Positions 8,406 through 20,700 of a stretch of DNA of 64,000 nt are shown here, piece after piece. The position numbers and the translations under genes are program-made. Within the stretch, counting starts at the first letter, position 1, and each line of letters begins with the position of its first letter. The DNA comes from a virus (Duplodnaviria; Caudoviricetes), in IMG/VR virus record IMGVR_UViG_3300025723_000013; one strand, 5' to 3'. Below the pieces are notes generated by a model. That model worked only from the letters and a program-made list of their open reading frames with translations. It made no database searches and was not told where the DNA came from.

Positions 8406-11252
8406 TTATGCTGCTCCCGAACAGTTCATGTAGACACCACTGGTGGCTGTGGTTGTGCAGATAAACTCCACAATGGCCACACTGCCATTGGAGTTGCCTC
8501 GGAAACTGGCCGATCCATTGGTGCTGTTGGCGGCTGTTAGTCCTGTGATGCTGACAGTGGTAGCACCTGGGCCAGTCTTCATGTTCACTGCCATCACGCG
8601 CACGATTTTGCCAGGCACCGGATTGGTTATGGTGATGGTGAAACTGGCCTGGCTGTTGTCCAAAATAACCAGTCCCGATGATGTGCTCAAGTTCAGGGTA
8701 TAGGCATTAGACACCACCGTGATGGGTCCGGTAACAGAGTTGTAGTTGTTTATGGTATGTGCAGCGCTGCCATCGTAGGTGGATCCAGATTCTAATGCCA
8801 GACCAAATCCCATTGTGAGCGCATTGGCCACTTTGGTTGCTGTCACTGCATTGGCCACTAGAGTGGCTGTATTGAAACTGTAGGCATAACCTGCATTGGT
8901 AGCAGTGGAAGCAGACACTGCATTGGCCACTAGGGTGGCTGTATTGAAACTGTAGGCATAACCCGCATTGGTAGCGGTAACAGCCGACGCCATTAAGGTG
9001 GCTGTGTTAAAACTGTTGGCATAACCAGCTGTGATGGCATATGTGGCAGTATTGGCCAATTGACTGGTACCAATTATGGTGCTGCTTACTGTGAGGCTGG
9101 ATAACACACCAACACTGGTAATATAGGGCTGCGCACCGATATTGACTGTGCCTGCTACCGAAGCCGAAGCTGCATTGCCGTTCAGTGAAGCAGTGATAAC
9201 ATTGGCTGAGAAATTGCCGCTGCTGTCTCGAGAAACAATAGTTCCAGAATTATTGAAACTGGTAGCATCCGATGTAACGATTATGATGCCACTTGACGTG
9301 TTGACACTGATATGATTGGTGGCAGAAATACTGGAGAATATAGACACCGGAGGCACATACTGCCAAGAGCCATTGCCATATATGACAAATCCACCTGCTT
9401 GATAATTCACGCTGCCTGTCTGCGTGCCCAAATTCTGTGTGCCACTTACACCTATGGAATATTCAGTACCTGAACTCACCGTGGTGGTATTATTAGTAAG
9501 AGGAGGTTGATTAGTGCTGGCATTCCAACTGCCCGCATATTGCACTCCTCCCAACAGGCTGGAGGGAATTTGAGAGGCCGACAAGTGCCCGGTGCTGTCC
9601 AATGTGGCCACGCCACTGCTAGCGCCTCGTTGTGCCAGAGGAATAGCAGCAGAAGTTTGCAATGTGTTATCAGAAAATTTAATGCCTAGTCCTGGAGTAG
9701 GTATCGTGATACCAACGGTGCTGTCGATGTAGGCGCTGATTACTCGGTTGGCTTGGCCTTGAGGACTGTTGTAAAACTGATGTTGGCTGCCCTGTGTGCT
9801 GGTGGTCCAAGCATCCAATCCCACAACATCGAGGCTGCTATAGGCTGTTTGTCCAGCCACACCAAACGCTGTGCTGGTGTTGTACCCCACGCTTGAGATG
9901 CGTGATATCACAGTACCAGGAGAGGTAGCTGACGGTGAGGCTGCTGTGCCTAGACCAGAACGCAGCACCAGCGTACTGAAATTGCCAAAAGCGTCGTTAA
10001 CGATACGGCTGGCATATCCATCATTGCCTGTGATGTGCAACATACCACCAGCATTGGTCACAGGAACCGTGATACCACTGGTGCTGCCTATGATGGATAA
10101 CGCTCCAGTACCGCCTGCCGGCACCAAGGGAGCAAGCATTTGTAAAAATCCGTTGCGCTGTATCGACATGGTTAACACATTGGCAGCATTATAAAAATTG
10201 GCCTGTCGATAGATATTAAATGATCCCGTGTCTGGTAAATTGCCCACATTGATATTGAGATCAGGAGTGGTGGTTTGCAATGTGGTGTTGTTGATCACTA
10301 GATTGCCCAATGCAATACTTTGTGCGCCATTTAAAAATATTGTTCCGCTGTTGACCGATATGGCTACATCAGCCAAGGTACTTTGATCCTGCAGATGTAT
10401 GCTGGACGGACCAATGTAGACATTGCGCCATCTAGTGGAAGTGGTCCCTAGATCCAACTGATTGTTGCTGGCGGGCGCGAGCAACGCAGCTATTGTTATG
10501 GCACTGTTGGTAACAGTCATGACCGGAGCTATGGCGCTGGTGGCATTGTTGACAGGAGTGGTCCAGAATGTGATTTTGCTGCCGCCATTGCTAACAGTTT
10601 GTAGGCCCAGGGCAGTGTAGGCCATGCGAGCATTGCCTGTGGTAGGGATCAGCGTGCCGTTATAGGCACTGCCGCCATAGCGAACCATGTCCTCACCGTC
10701 CTGCACTGCGGTGGGTGCGCTGATGGTTCCGTCGTATCTACGACCCGTATACACAGCATAACTGCCTTCGCTGTCGTTGTAGATCCTGCTGGATATTCCA
10801 GGATTGCCCGTGACCTGTAGCATGACGCCGCTGTTGATAGGGGCAAAACTGGCGCCATTGCTGCTGCCTATGATTTCAAAAGCCGAGTCAGATACATTTT
10901 GTTGTGCCGCATAGAAATTGACAAATCCATTGTTTGGCACCTGCATGATCAATGTGTTTGAAGGTGTGACCACATTGAACGCGCCTGTGACCTGCACAGT
11001 GCCTGTGCCATTGGATACTAGGTAGAGATTTTCATTAGGATTGATAGTAGATATAGAAGCCCCAGCTATGACCAAATCACCAATACTGGCTGTGGTCACA
11101 GCTATAACCGCAGGCAACCCACCAGGAGTCACACCGTCGCTGACCCTTAGTCCTGTTACAGGATCATACCAAAGTCGGCCTATTTGACCAACAAATGTAG
11201 CACCGTTGGCATTTTTGAGATCAGTGAATAGTTTTTGTATCGGTGTGCCCAT
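8406..11252 (-). CDS. Tail fibre/structural protein
   Basis: 948 aa S/T/G/N-rich; GRLWYDP..GLRVSDGVTPGG N-term like 7395 gene; internal 60-bp duplication (FNTATLVANAV) near 8840-8990. Confidence 0.75.
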   Translation of the reverse strand: MGTPIQKLFTDLKNANGATFVGQIGRLWYDPVTGLRVSDGVTPGGLPAVIAVTTASIGDLVIAGASISTINPNENLYLVSNGTGTVQVTGAFNVVTPSNTLIMQVPNNGFVNFYAAQQNVSDSAFEIIGSSNGASFAPINSGVMLQVTGNPGISSRIYNDSEGSYAVYTGRRYDGTISAPTAVQDGEDMVRYGGSAYNGTLIPTTGNARMAYTALGLQTVSNGGSKITFWTTPVNNATSAIAPVMTVTNSAITIAALLAPASNNQLDLGTTSTRWRNVYIGPSSIHLQDQSTLADVAISVNSGTIFLNGAQSIALGNLVINNTTLQTTTPDLNINVGNLPDTGSFNIYRQANFYNAANVLTMSIQRNGFLQMLAPLVPAGGTGALSIIGSTSGITVPVTNAGGMLHITGNDGYASRIVNDAFGNFSTLVLRSGLGTAASPSATSPGTVISRISSVGYNTSTAFGVAGQTAYSSLDVVGLDAWTTSTQGSQHQFYNSPQGQANRVISAYIDSTVGITIPTPGLGIKFSDNTLQTSAAIPLAQRGASSGVATLDSTGHLSASQIPSSLLGGVQYAGSWNASTNQPPLTNNTTTVSSGTEYSIGVSGTQNLGTQTGSVNYQAGGFVIYGNGSWQYVPPVSIFSSISATNHISVNTSSGIIIVTSDATSFNNSGTIVSRDSSGNFSANVITASLNGNAASASVAGTVNIGAQPYITSVGVLSSLTVSSTIIGTSQLANTATYAITAGYANSFNTATLMASAVTATNAGYAYSFNTATLVANAVSASTATNAGYAYSFNTATLVANAVTATKVANALTMGFGLALESGSTYDGSAAHTINNYNSVTGPITVVSNAYTLNLSTSSGLVILDNSQASFTITITNPVPGKIVRVMAVNMKTGPGATTVSITGLTAANSTNGSASFRGNSNGSVAIVEFICTTTATSGVYMNCSGAA

Positions 11253-11263
11253 TTAACGCCCCG

Positions 11264-11584
11264 TTAGACGTCTAATGGTTCATCATCGGCAGCAGCATCC
11301 AACTGTGCTGGTTTCATCAGACCAGCTATTTTTCTCACACGATCCAGTTCATCTGTTTCATGTGGTTTGTCATCATAGACACTGGGTACATCCACTGATT
11401 TTTTTAGTAGTTCAATCTTGCTCTGTAGAGGAGGCACAAACACTTCGGCCTCGGTGTTGTCCTCATTGTCTACAGCTACAGGAGTGAGTTCAATCACTGA
11501 TGTATTAACCGGCGCAGCAGGTGGCTGCTGTTCAACCGAAGCCACCATGTCTGCCAATGCTCTCATCAATTCTGAAACTTTCAT
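11264..11584 (-). CDS. Small acidic protein (MKVSELM leader); paralog of 8110-8397
   Basis: 106 aa ORF overlapping stop of upstream gene; shared PPLQ motif. Confidence 0.75.
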   Translation of the reverse strand: MKVSELMRALADMVASVEQQPPAAPVNTSVIELTPVAVDNEDNTEAEVFVPPLQSKIELLKKSVDVPSVYDDKPHETDELDRVRKIAGLMKPAQLDAAADDEPLDV

Positions 11585-13824
11585 TAACTCATAGCCTCCT
11601 GCCCAACTAGATTTGCACCAACCACTGGATTGGTTCCACTAGGGGCACTGACCGCCACTGTCAATGTGTCCACAGCGCTGCCTCGTATGTTGTTGTACAA
11701 GGGGAAGAAGTAGCCAAAGTCTAGATCTTGCACTCCTGATCCGCTGGACAACACAAACGCAAACACCACTTCGCCGCCTGTCAAAGCGGTAGCGGAAACA
11801 TCACGTTCTGCGAATGAATATACCGATCCCAAATACTGCGCTGCGTTAAAATTAGAACCAGTCAGCACGGTTGGGTTGGTAGGTGTGCTGGAAACTAATT
11901 CTATCAACACCTGAGTGTTGGCACTTTGTGACACCAACAATCGTTTGGGCAAGATTTGTCCGCGATTGCTGAGTCCAATTATGTAGCCGGTATTGAAGGT
12001 CAATGTGCCTGAAATTTGTGCAACCGCAGGTAGATTTGTAGTGATGGTGTTACCACTGATCACAGTGACCTGCGATCCTGCTGCCACGCCGGTACCTGTC
12101 ACACTCATGCCCACCGTTACTCCGGTAACAGAGCCCAATGTGGCAGTGTAGGAACCGGAGGCTCCTCCTGAACTGTAAGACTGTGTTACTGGTGATGTTA
12201 GAATAGTGGGTGTGGCCGGCAGCGGTCCTTGGAACACAGGGTCACACCAATACAGTGTGTTGGTGGTATTGTAGGTCACACGTCCTATAGCACCTGATCC
12301 CCAAATGCTGGTAAATGTCAAAGATCCATTTGAGATGTTGGCAGTTAGGGGTGCACCCAATGTCACCGAGTTGGTGCTGACACTGGTCACAAACACAGGA
12401 GATCCGCTGGTGTTGATACCGGAGCCGGTAACAATGGCATTCACGCTGATGCCCACTGTGGTGGTGCTGCTGGCCGTGGTGTTACCCAAAACTCCATTAA
12501 TTCCGCCGCTCACTGTGGTTACTGTTTGGTATCCATTGTTGGGGAAATAAATCTGTCGACCCAACCACTGATTGGCAGTGAATGGGCTGCCAGTCACTGT
12601 CATGTATTGTCCACTACCTGTAAACACCACCGGACTGGAGACAGATCCCACAGTCTGGCTGTTATTTACTGTCCATGTGGTGGAACTGATGTTGCCCGTG
12701 ATAACTGTATAAGGAGTGACCAATCCATTGTTACTGCCCGAAGACGGTCCAATGCCTATTATGGTCGTGCCTGTGGCGATAGCTCCTGAACCGGTGGATA
12801 TTACAGTCAGCGTGGTGTTGGAAATGTAGCCAGTAAAGGTGCTGGATAGCAATCCAGTGGCTGTGGCCGCCGAGCCTGCGTCATTGCGTCCGTAGATATT
12901 GCCATATTCTTGTGTGCCCATCTGTCGTCCGCGTATGGTCAATATGGGTCGACGTGTCACCGGAGCAGTGAGAGTGGTGGTAGGAGCTGTGTTGGGCAGT
13001 CCATACGAGTAGGTGAAACCACGCTGTTCGTCTCGCAAACCTTCGATAATGATTGACACACCATAGTGATACATGTCATTGAGCACAGTGGTGCCTGTTA
13101 AATTGCGTTGTTCATAGCGCACAGGCAAATTGCCAGTTCTGGCCCAAGGAGTGGTTTGATATCCTCCACTGAGAGGATTGCCATAATTTCCCCAACCAAT
13201 CTGATGCGCGATCACAGGTTCGCCGTCGATCCAAAAACCAAAACGTGTAGCGCCTGCTCCATACCATGCATACTCAATCCAAAACATTTGAATATTGGTA
13301 AAATTGAGTTTATTAATATTAACAGTATCTCCGTTCCATTTATCTAGACCCACACGGGTTTCTTGTACCGAGCCGCCCACGTCGGACCTAACAACCACGT
13401 ACATTCCGTAGGGATTGCCTCCATAAGGTTGTCCCTGTTCAAAAAATACGCCGTTGGCGTCATCAAAAAATCCCACACGCTGCACATTGCCCGACAGTGC
13501 TGTTCCAAAACATAATCCAGTGGCCATAAACATGGTTTTGCCTGGTTGATAACGATGATAAGGTCGACTTTGACGTATGGTCACATCTCCTGAACTGGTA
13601 CCCACACGCATACGCACACCGCCTGAACTGGGGATTTGTTGTATGCTACTTACTCCATCGGCGGTCTGAACCAACTGTTCCCAGCGCAAGGGCTGTGTAC
13701 CATATTCAAAATCAGCTTCATACACGTTTTGGTGTATGGATACTTTTAATCTGCCCAAGACATCGCGCACACGTTGCGGCATTGCTGTGGAATATGGATA
13801 ACCTGTTGTTGCGTTGCTGGCCAT
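11584..13824 (-). CDS. Large virion structural protein
   Basis: 746 aa; globular N-terminal part (RQSRPYHRYQPGK, RVGFFDDANGVFFE) followed by T/S/G-rich beta repeats. Confidence 0.7.
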   Translation of the reverse strand: MASNATTGYPYSTAMPQRVRDVLGRLKVSIHQNVYEADFEYGTQPLRWEQLVQTADGVSSIQQIPSSGGVRMRVGTSSGDVTIRQSRPYHRYQPGKTMFMATGLCFGTALSGNVQRVGFFDDANGVFFEQGQPYGGNPYGMYVVVRSDVGGSVQETRVGLDKWNGDTVNINKLNFTNIQMFWIEYAWYGAGATRFGFWIDGEPVIAHQIGWGNYGNPLSGGYQTTPWARTGNLPVRYEQRNLTGTTVLNDMYHYGVSIIIEGLRDEQRGFTYSYGLPNTAPTTTLTAPVTRRPILTIRGRQMGTQEYGNIYGRNDAGSAATATGLLSSTFTGYISNTTLTVISTGSGAIATGTTIIGIGPSSGSNNGLVTPYTVITGNISSTTWTVNNSQTVGSVSSPVVFTGSGQYMTVTGSPFTANQWLGRQIYFPNNGYQTVTTVSGGINGVLGNTTASSTTTVGISVNAIVTGSGINTSGSPVFVTSVSTNSVTLGAPLTANISNGSLTFTSIWGSGAIGRVTYNTTNTLYWCDPVFQGPLPATPTILTSPVTQSYSSGGASGSYTATLGSVTGVTVGMSVTGTGVAAGSQVTVISGNTITTNLPAVAQISGTLTFNTGYIIGLSNRGQILPKRLLVSQSANTQVLIELVSSTPTNPTVLTGSNFNAAQYLGSVYSFAERDVSATALTGGEVVFAFVLSSGSGVQDLDFGYFFPLYNNIRGSAVDTLTVAVSAPSGTNPVVGANLVGQEAMS

Positions 13825-13876
13825 TGAAAAATCCTCAAAATTGTTATGTTGTATTTATACGCTTGTAAAAGTTCTG

Positions 13877-14683
13877 TCAATATCCAAATCTTTTTCTATA
13901 CTGATTCCACAACGTTTGTATGTCTGTGAGACTCAATTCTCCATTATATACCTGTATCAACCCCACATCTGCAGACTGCTGCTCAGTTGACGCGGCTCTG
14001 CTGAACAGTCTCAGCTGATTAAAACCTCTAGAACTGTTGTTGGCAGCTCCAGTTGTTTGTCCCAATAGTGATTTATACACAGCCACAGGAGCCGCATTGG
14101 TGGCTATATAAAGATACAGATTTCCGGTAGCTGCGTTCCAGGTACCCCAAATGAAATGCCAATTGTTGTCCGCTAGATCGGAACTCAAATTCACAGTGCC
14201 GTTGGGATAATACACATTCATATAATCAGTTGGTGGGCTGCCATATGTGCCCAACAACCAATCATTGGTGGCTTCATTTGATGTGTTTAACAATCGACCC
14301 TGGACTCCGCCTGTGATTGGCCTATATGCCATGAACACCGTGTAGCTTTGTGCAGCAGTGGTGTAGTTTGGACCACCTATGATGTAGGGCATGTTGGAAA
14401 CCAGTGATACTTGTGTTGAAGTATTAAATCTCACGATTCCGCTGTTGGTATTGACCCAAGACATATAACCGCTGGCAGTATTGCCTACTGATATGGTGTA
14501 ATTGCCAGTGGCATCTGCTGCTCCATTGGCTGGCAGCGCTGAAAAATTACTGAAATCCAAATTGTACACCAAACTGGCCGATGTGGTCACATATTTGAAT
14601 TGACTGGTTATGGCAAATGCAGAGCCTGCTGGGCTGGCATTGGTGTAATTTGCTTTTAAAGTCACTCCGGGCGTAAAAATCAC
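13877..14683 (-). CDS. Concanavalin A/LamG-like lectin domain protein
   Basis: NNWHFIWGTW and IGLIQVYNGELS..DIQTLW-like C-terminus typical of LamG folds; GTG start. Confidence 0.6.
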   Translation of the reverse strand: MIFTPGVTLKANYTNASPAGSAFAITSQFKYVTTSASLVYNLDFSNFSALPANGAADATGNYTISVGNTASGYMSWVNTNSGIVRFNTSTQVSLVSNMPYIIGGPNYTTAAQSYTVFMAYRPITGGVQGRLLNTSNEATNDWLLGTYGSPPTDYMNVYYPNGTVNLSSDLADNNWHFIWGTWNAATGNLYLYIATNAAPVAVYKSLLGQTTGAANNSSRGFNQLRLFSRAASTEQQSADVGLIQVYNGELSLTDIQTLWNQYRKRFGY

Positions 14684-14702
14684 GTTAAGTTGTCCTAGGT
14701 GA

Positions 14703-17700
14703 TCAATATGTAATAACGATCACAATGCCAGGAGATCCTGCTCCGCCTGGGCCAGATCCACCAGCGGCCTGTGTACTGTTGCTGCGTGAAGCTCCTCCGC
14801 CTCCTCCGCCAGCTCCATATCCTCCTGCTGCACCTCCTATGATATTTTGATTTCCGAATGTGCCGCTTGTACTGGTATAAGCGCCACCACCGCCACCACC
14901 GCCACCGCCAATTAATCCATACGTTGTCTGAATGTAGGTCGGTGTGTTACCAGTGACTACAGGATAAGTTCCATTTCCGTTTGGCCCATATCCTCCGCTT
15001 CCATAAGCTAAACCTGAATTGACATTGGTGGTTAATCCGCCCGAAGCAATCAGTATGGCAGTAGTAGACGATGCTCCTGACGGAGAACCGGAATAGTATA
15101 CTGCAGGCACTCCACCGTTTCCTCCATTGTCGCCAACTCCGTTGACAAATCCTCCGCCTGCTCCGCCTGCTCCGCCCAGATAAGGCGCTCCGGAATTGGG
15201 TACATTGGCCACACTGGTTCCGGTGCCGGCTGTGCCTCCGCCTATGGCAGTACTAGTGCCGCCGGCCAGTCCCAGAGCAAGATTGCCTCCTGAAGTGGCA
15301 GCAGTTTGGGTTGACTGAGATCCACCAATGACCCCACCTTTACCTCCTGCTCCGCCTGCGGCCAAGATGGTTATTCCTTGCCACGAGAAAGAGGAATCAC
15401 CGCCCACTGATCCAGTATATCCGGTTCCAGAACTAACTCCTGACACCTGAGTAGCTCCTGGTCCTCCATATCCTACTATGATGGTTGCTGTGGTCTGATT
15501 ACTATTGCTAACTCCCAAATCCAACATGGACCAACAGGCAGAATTTCCCCCGTTTCCACCGTACACTGTGGCGGTTGTGCTCCATTTAGCTCCACTTCCT
15601 CCTCCTCCTCCGCCACCGCACATGATCACACGCCCTCCATTCCACGTGGCAGGCCAATTGTAGTTATAAGTGCCAGGAGTATTGTAAATTGAAACACTAT
15701 TTGACAATTGATAATTCTGCGCAGAAATCAGTATCCATCCTGGTCCATTTAAGTTTTGATTGTAGTCATAGACCAAAAATGCGCTTCCTCCTGCAAGAAT
15801 CGTCACCCCGTTTGGAGTTCCACTGTTGATAGTGGCTCCATAGGTGGGTGAGATACGGGCCAGATTTATAGTATAACCACTACTATAGTTATTGATTACT
15901 AGAAAAGAAGAATTAGTGGGCGGAGGTGCTATACCTTGTATGGTAACATTGGCAAAACTAGATTTTATATCCCAAATCATGCAATTAGCTCCGGTGGCCG
16001 TGGAGCTACCAGAAACTGGAATATAATTGTCAACACTGCTAGGCCCGCTTATTGCCGAGCCAAAAAGATATCCCACAGTGGCAGTGGTCATTCCGGGCAC
16101 AGCGTAGTTAAGTGTTGCCGTGGAAGATGCGTTGGTCAATGTCATCTTGTAGTAGGTTGAACTGGTGTTTGGATTTGCAAACACAACATTATACTGGCCA
16201 CTGGTGTAAGACCATCCTGTGGGATAGGCAGTAGAGCTCAGTGTCACATTGGTTCCCGACACACTGGCAAATGTGATTTGTGGTTGATTATTAAAAGTAT
16301 AAGTGTCAACCAAACTGTTACTAAACTTGGTCAATCCACCTGATATCTGTGTGACCGTAGTGGTATTTGATCCAGCAGTTGGAGTTGTAACGTCACCGGT
16401 CAATGGACCAAATGTGGATCCTCCGGTGGATGTGCTCACGGCGTATCCATTCACGTACACGTTGGTGGCTGTGATCACACCACCCACTACTAGTCCGCCT
16501 CCAATGCCCGCCCCGCCTGCCACAGTCAATGCGCCGGTAGTGGTGGAAGTGGTGGCACTGGTGCCATTTATCACATGATTGGTGCTGGTTACAGTGCCCA
16601 CAACATACAATCCATTACCTATGCCAACACCGCCGGCCACAGTCAATGCACCTGTTGTGGAAGAAATACTGGTTAGGGTGCTCAGTATCTGTACCGCAGC
16701 CGTGGTACTGGTTGATAGCAACAGTATATCTGAAGTACTGCTGTTTGCATTGAGCACAAAGTGCACGTTGTTGTTATTGTAGGTACCAATGGTTAGATCA
16801 CTGCCCACTGACTCCAAGAAGCTGGCACCGGGCAAGCTGAAGCTGTTGTTGGCATATCCGGCAGCTGAATAACTGTAGTTGGTGCTGTTAACACCCATTT
16901 CCATGTAGTTATTGAATCCGTTATTGGCCACTTCGTAGCTGGCATAGGCCGTGTTGGTGCTGTTGTTGTTGATCAGGGTTATATTGCTGTAAGTGGTATC
17001 GCTGCCAGCAAATGTGGCAATTTGTCCAGTGTAGCTGTTGACGTAATTGCCCACATTCAATGCACCCTGACTGGATGTGGTATTGGATTGATAATTGACC
17101 ACATTCAATATACCGCCCACATACATGTTTGATCCCACCGAATGACCACCGGTTACTATCAATGCGCCGGTAGTGGTTGACGTGGAATTGGTAGTATTTG
17201 ATATGGTGATAGCATTGTTGGTAGATGATCCATACCCAGTGACTGCTTGCAAAGTCACTGAGGCAGTGTTCAGTGCCCAGGTCACTGTGCCGTTGGCGCT
17301 TTGCGTGATTGTGATACCAGTAGAACTACTGTAAACAGGAGTCACTGTCCACCAGTTGCTAGTGGTTTTGGCCACAATTGCCAAGGTGGCATAGGACGGC
17401 AGTGATGTAGCAGTGTTAACTGGGCTATTTTCAATAGATGCTCCTACCGCTGGATAAACATTGACACTGCCTGCGGTTGCATTGGTGATGCTGATTTCAC
17501 GTCCAACCACAGCCGTGGGCAGTATAATACCTCCTGTTCCGGTGGTTACATAGGTGTTGTCTGCTGTAATTAAAGCAGCAGTGGCCTGATTGGTTCCAGT
17601 GGCTGTTATGTTGGCTGAAGAAAATATCAATGGTCCGTTCAATGTTGCAGTATTGGTGACTGTTAATGCATATACAGTAATTGCAGTATTGGCCGTTATC

Positions 17701-20700
17701 GAAGTAGCGCTTACCGCGATAGCTACCAATGTAGCAGTGTTAAAAGTTCCTGTGCTCACAGCATAGCCATTGACATAAACGTTGGTGGCAGTGATCACGC
17801 CGCCCACGTATAATCCGCCGCCAACACCCACCCCGCCCACCACTTGTAATGCTCCTGTAATGGTAGAGGTTGAACTCAGCGTGCTGCTTATGACAACTGC
17901 ACTGGATGGATTCCATGCTGTTGACTGCACTGTGCTGTCTGGAAATGTTATTGTACCTGTGGTTCCGTTATTGCTAAATGTCCAGCTACTGGTGGTTCCA
18001 TTGTAGGTTGATTGCAACTGTATGGAAGCAGTGTTGGCCGAGCTGGCTATGTTATTTGGCACAGTCAGCAATCCATTCGATAAACTTAAAGTCACAGTGT
18101 ATGTGCCGGCAATTAGTGAACTGGTGGAAGCAAAACCTCCCGAACCACTGCCTGTGCTCACAGCATAGCCATTGACATAAACGTTGGTGGCAGTGATCAC
18201 ACCACCTACATACAATCCGCCGCCTATGCCTGCACCGCCCACCACTTGCAGTGCTCCGGTAGTGGTTGATGCGGCGGCACCTGTGCCAATAACAATATGA
18301 TTGGTACTTGTTACCGTGCCTCCAACATACAGTCCGCCACCCACACCCACACCGCCTGTTACCTGCAGCGCGCCTGTGTTGGTGGATGTTGTGACCGTGA
18401 CATTGGTAATGGTCAAAATGCTAGCGAAAGGATTGGTGAACGATCCAGAGCTTCCTGTATATCCGATTGATCCCACATAGCCCGTACCGGTACCGCTTGC
18501 TCCTTGCGATCCCACAAATCCAACGGATCCTGTATATCCAACGCTTCCAACAAATCCGATGCTTCCTACAAATCCAACAGATCCAGTATATCCAAAGGAT
18601 CCAGTATATCCAATGCTTCCTACAAATCCAACGGATCCTGTATATCCAATAGTGCCTGTTGTTCCCTGAGATCCCACAAATCCAACGGATCCTGTATATC
18701 CAACGCTTCCAACAAATCCGATGCTTCCTACAAATCCAACAGATCCAGTATATCCATTAGTGCCTGTTGTTCCTTTAGATCCAGTGTATCCTAGAACTCC
18801 TAAGCTACTGGTAGTAATCCAGGTAGCAGTGATGCCATTGCTTTGTAACAGAGTTCCAGTTGATCCTATCGAAATAAATCCAGTTAGTCCTCCGGCAATT
18901 TGATATGGAATACTGCCTGCGGCTCCGCCGGCAATGTTAACAGCGTTGACCGAATTGGTAACCAGTGTTGCTGTGTTAAAATTGCTAGCTGTTGTTGCTA
19001 TTTGAGCACTAACAGCATTGGTAACCAAGGTACTTGTATTAAATGATTGCGCATAACCACTGGTGGTAGCAAATGAACTAGTAGTGGCGTTGACTGCATT
19101 GGTCATAAGAGTGGCAGTGTTCAGTGCCCAGGTCACTGTGCCGTTGGCGCTTTGCGTGATTGTGATGCCGGTGCTGGCATTGTAAACAGGAGTCACAGTC
19201 CACCAATTGCTAGTGGTTTTGGCCACAACTGCCATGGTGGCATAGGATGGCAGCAGTGTTGGAATATTTGCTGCACTGTTTTCAATATTGGTTCCGGTTG
19301 AAGGATACACATAGATTGACGATGCAGTGGCATTGGTTATGCTGATTTCTCTACCAACCACCGGCACTGGTAATACTACTCCGCCTGTGCCTGCAACAAT
19401 GTAGGTGTTATCGCCCACAATCGCAGCAGCCGTGGCTTGATTGGTACCTGTGGCTGTGATGTTTGCAGAACTGAATATTATTGGTCCGCCAAATGTGGAA
19501 GTACTTGATACCACCAACGAGGTGGAAGTAACCAAGCGTGAAGTGACTGTGGTAGCGTTGATGCCGGCAAATGTAACATTACTGCTGGTTGCTATAGCTT
19601 GCGGAGTGGTTAAAATTACCGATCCTGTATTTGCGCTCACATAAACCTGATTCACAGTGCCATTGATAAAACTCACGCCATTGATGATGTTTGTGGCAGT
19701 CGTGGCATAAGCAGCATATGTCGAGTTAACCGCATTTGCTATCAGCGTGCCTGTTCCCAACCATGCAGTGACCTGAGTGCTGCCGTCTGCAAAGGCCAAG
19801 ACACCAGGCAGTTGCACGGTGCCAGTGGCATTGGAAGTGATCACATTCTGCGTGCTGGTTCCAGTGCCCACACTTATGGTATTGGTAGCAGTGTTAATCG
19901 TTAGAGGAACTCGGCCAATAAAGACAGTATTAGTGCTGACATAAAGGCTTTTCCATTGCAGAGATGGACTGCCTAGATTGTAAGTTGTATCAACTGCGGG
20001 CAGTAGATCAACATTGATATTTTGAAAGTTCACAGTGCTGTTGGACCAACCCAAATTGCCTAACCCGTCGGTGTATAGGTATTGACCCGGAGTGCCTGCT
20101 GTGGCCGGAAAAGTGTAATTGGGAAACTGTGTGCTGCCGTTTTGATTAAATTGCCAAGTGTTTGAACCCACTGTGGACAATATGCTGGTACCTGTTCCGT
20201 TGGCCACAGTCAAAGCTGTGGCAAATGCGCCGGGGGAAGAAAACAACGTACTGGTTGTAAGCGTGGCTGTGGTCACAATCACAGTGAGAGTAGTGGCATA
20301 CACAGTTAAATTGGAAGCATAAGAGCTTACCACATTGGTCAAGGTGGCGTCGGTATAGGTGAATCTCCCATAATGTCCAATCAAACTGCCATCGGTAGGA
20401 AACTGTGATATCAGGGCTTTGTAGTGATTATTTTTCCATACGGTAGAAGTGTTATTGGTATTGTTCACACGAGTAACACCAACCACTGTTAGGCTGTTGC
20501 CAAATACCGAAATTACAGAGTGCCCTTGTCCTGGACCGGTATTTGGTATTTGAGATACAGCGTTGGTATTGGTAGCTGTGCTGCCCAATAGTCTGGAAAA
20601 AACAAAACTACCTGTTGAGCTGTATTTTGTTACAGCAATATAGGTATTTAATCCAGCCCGCATTATGCCACTGGCATATAAATTATTTTGACTATCTACA

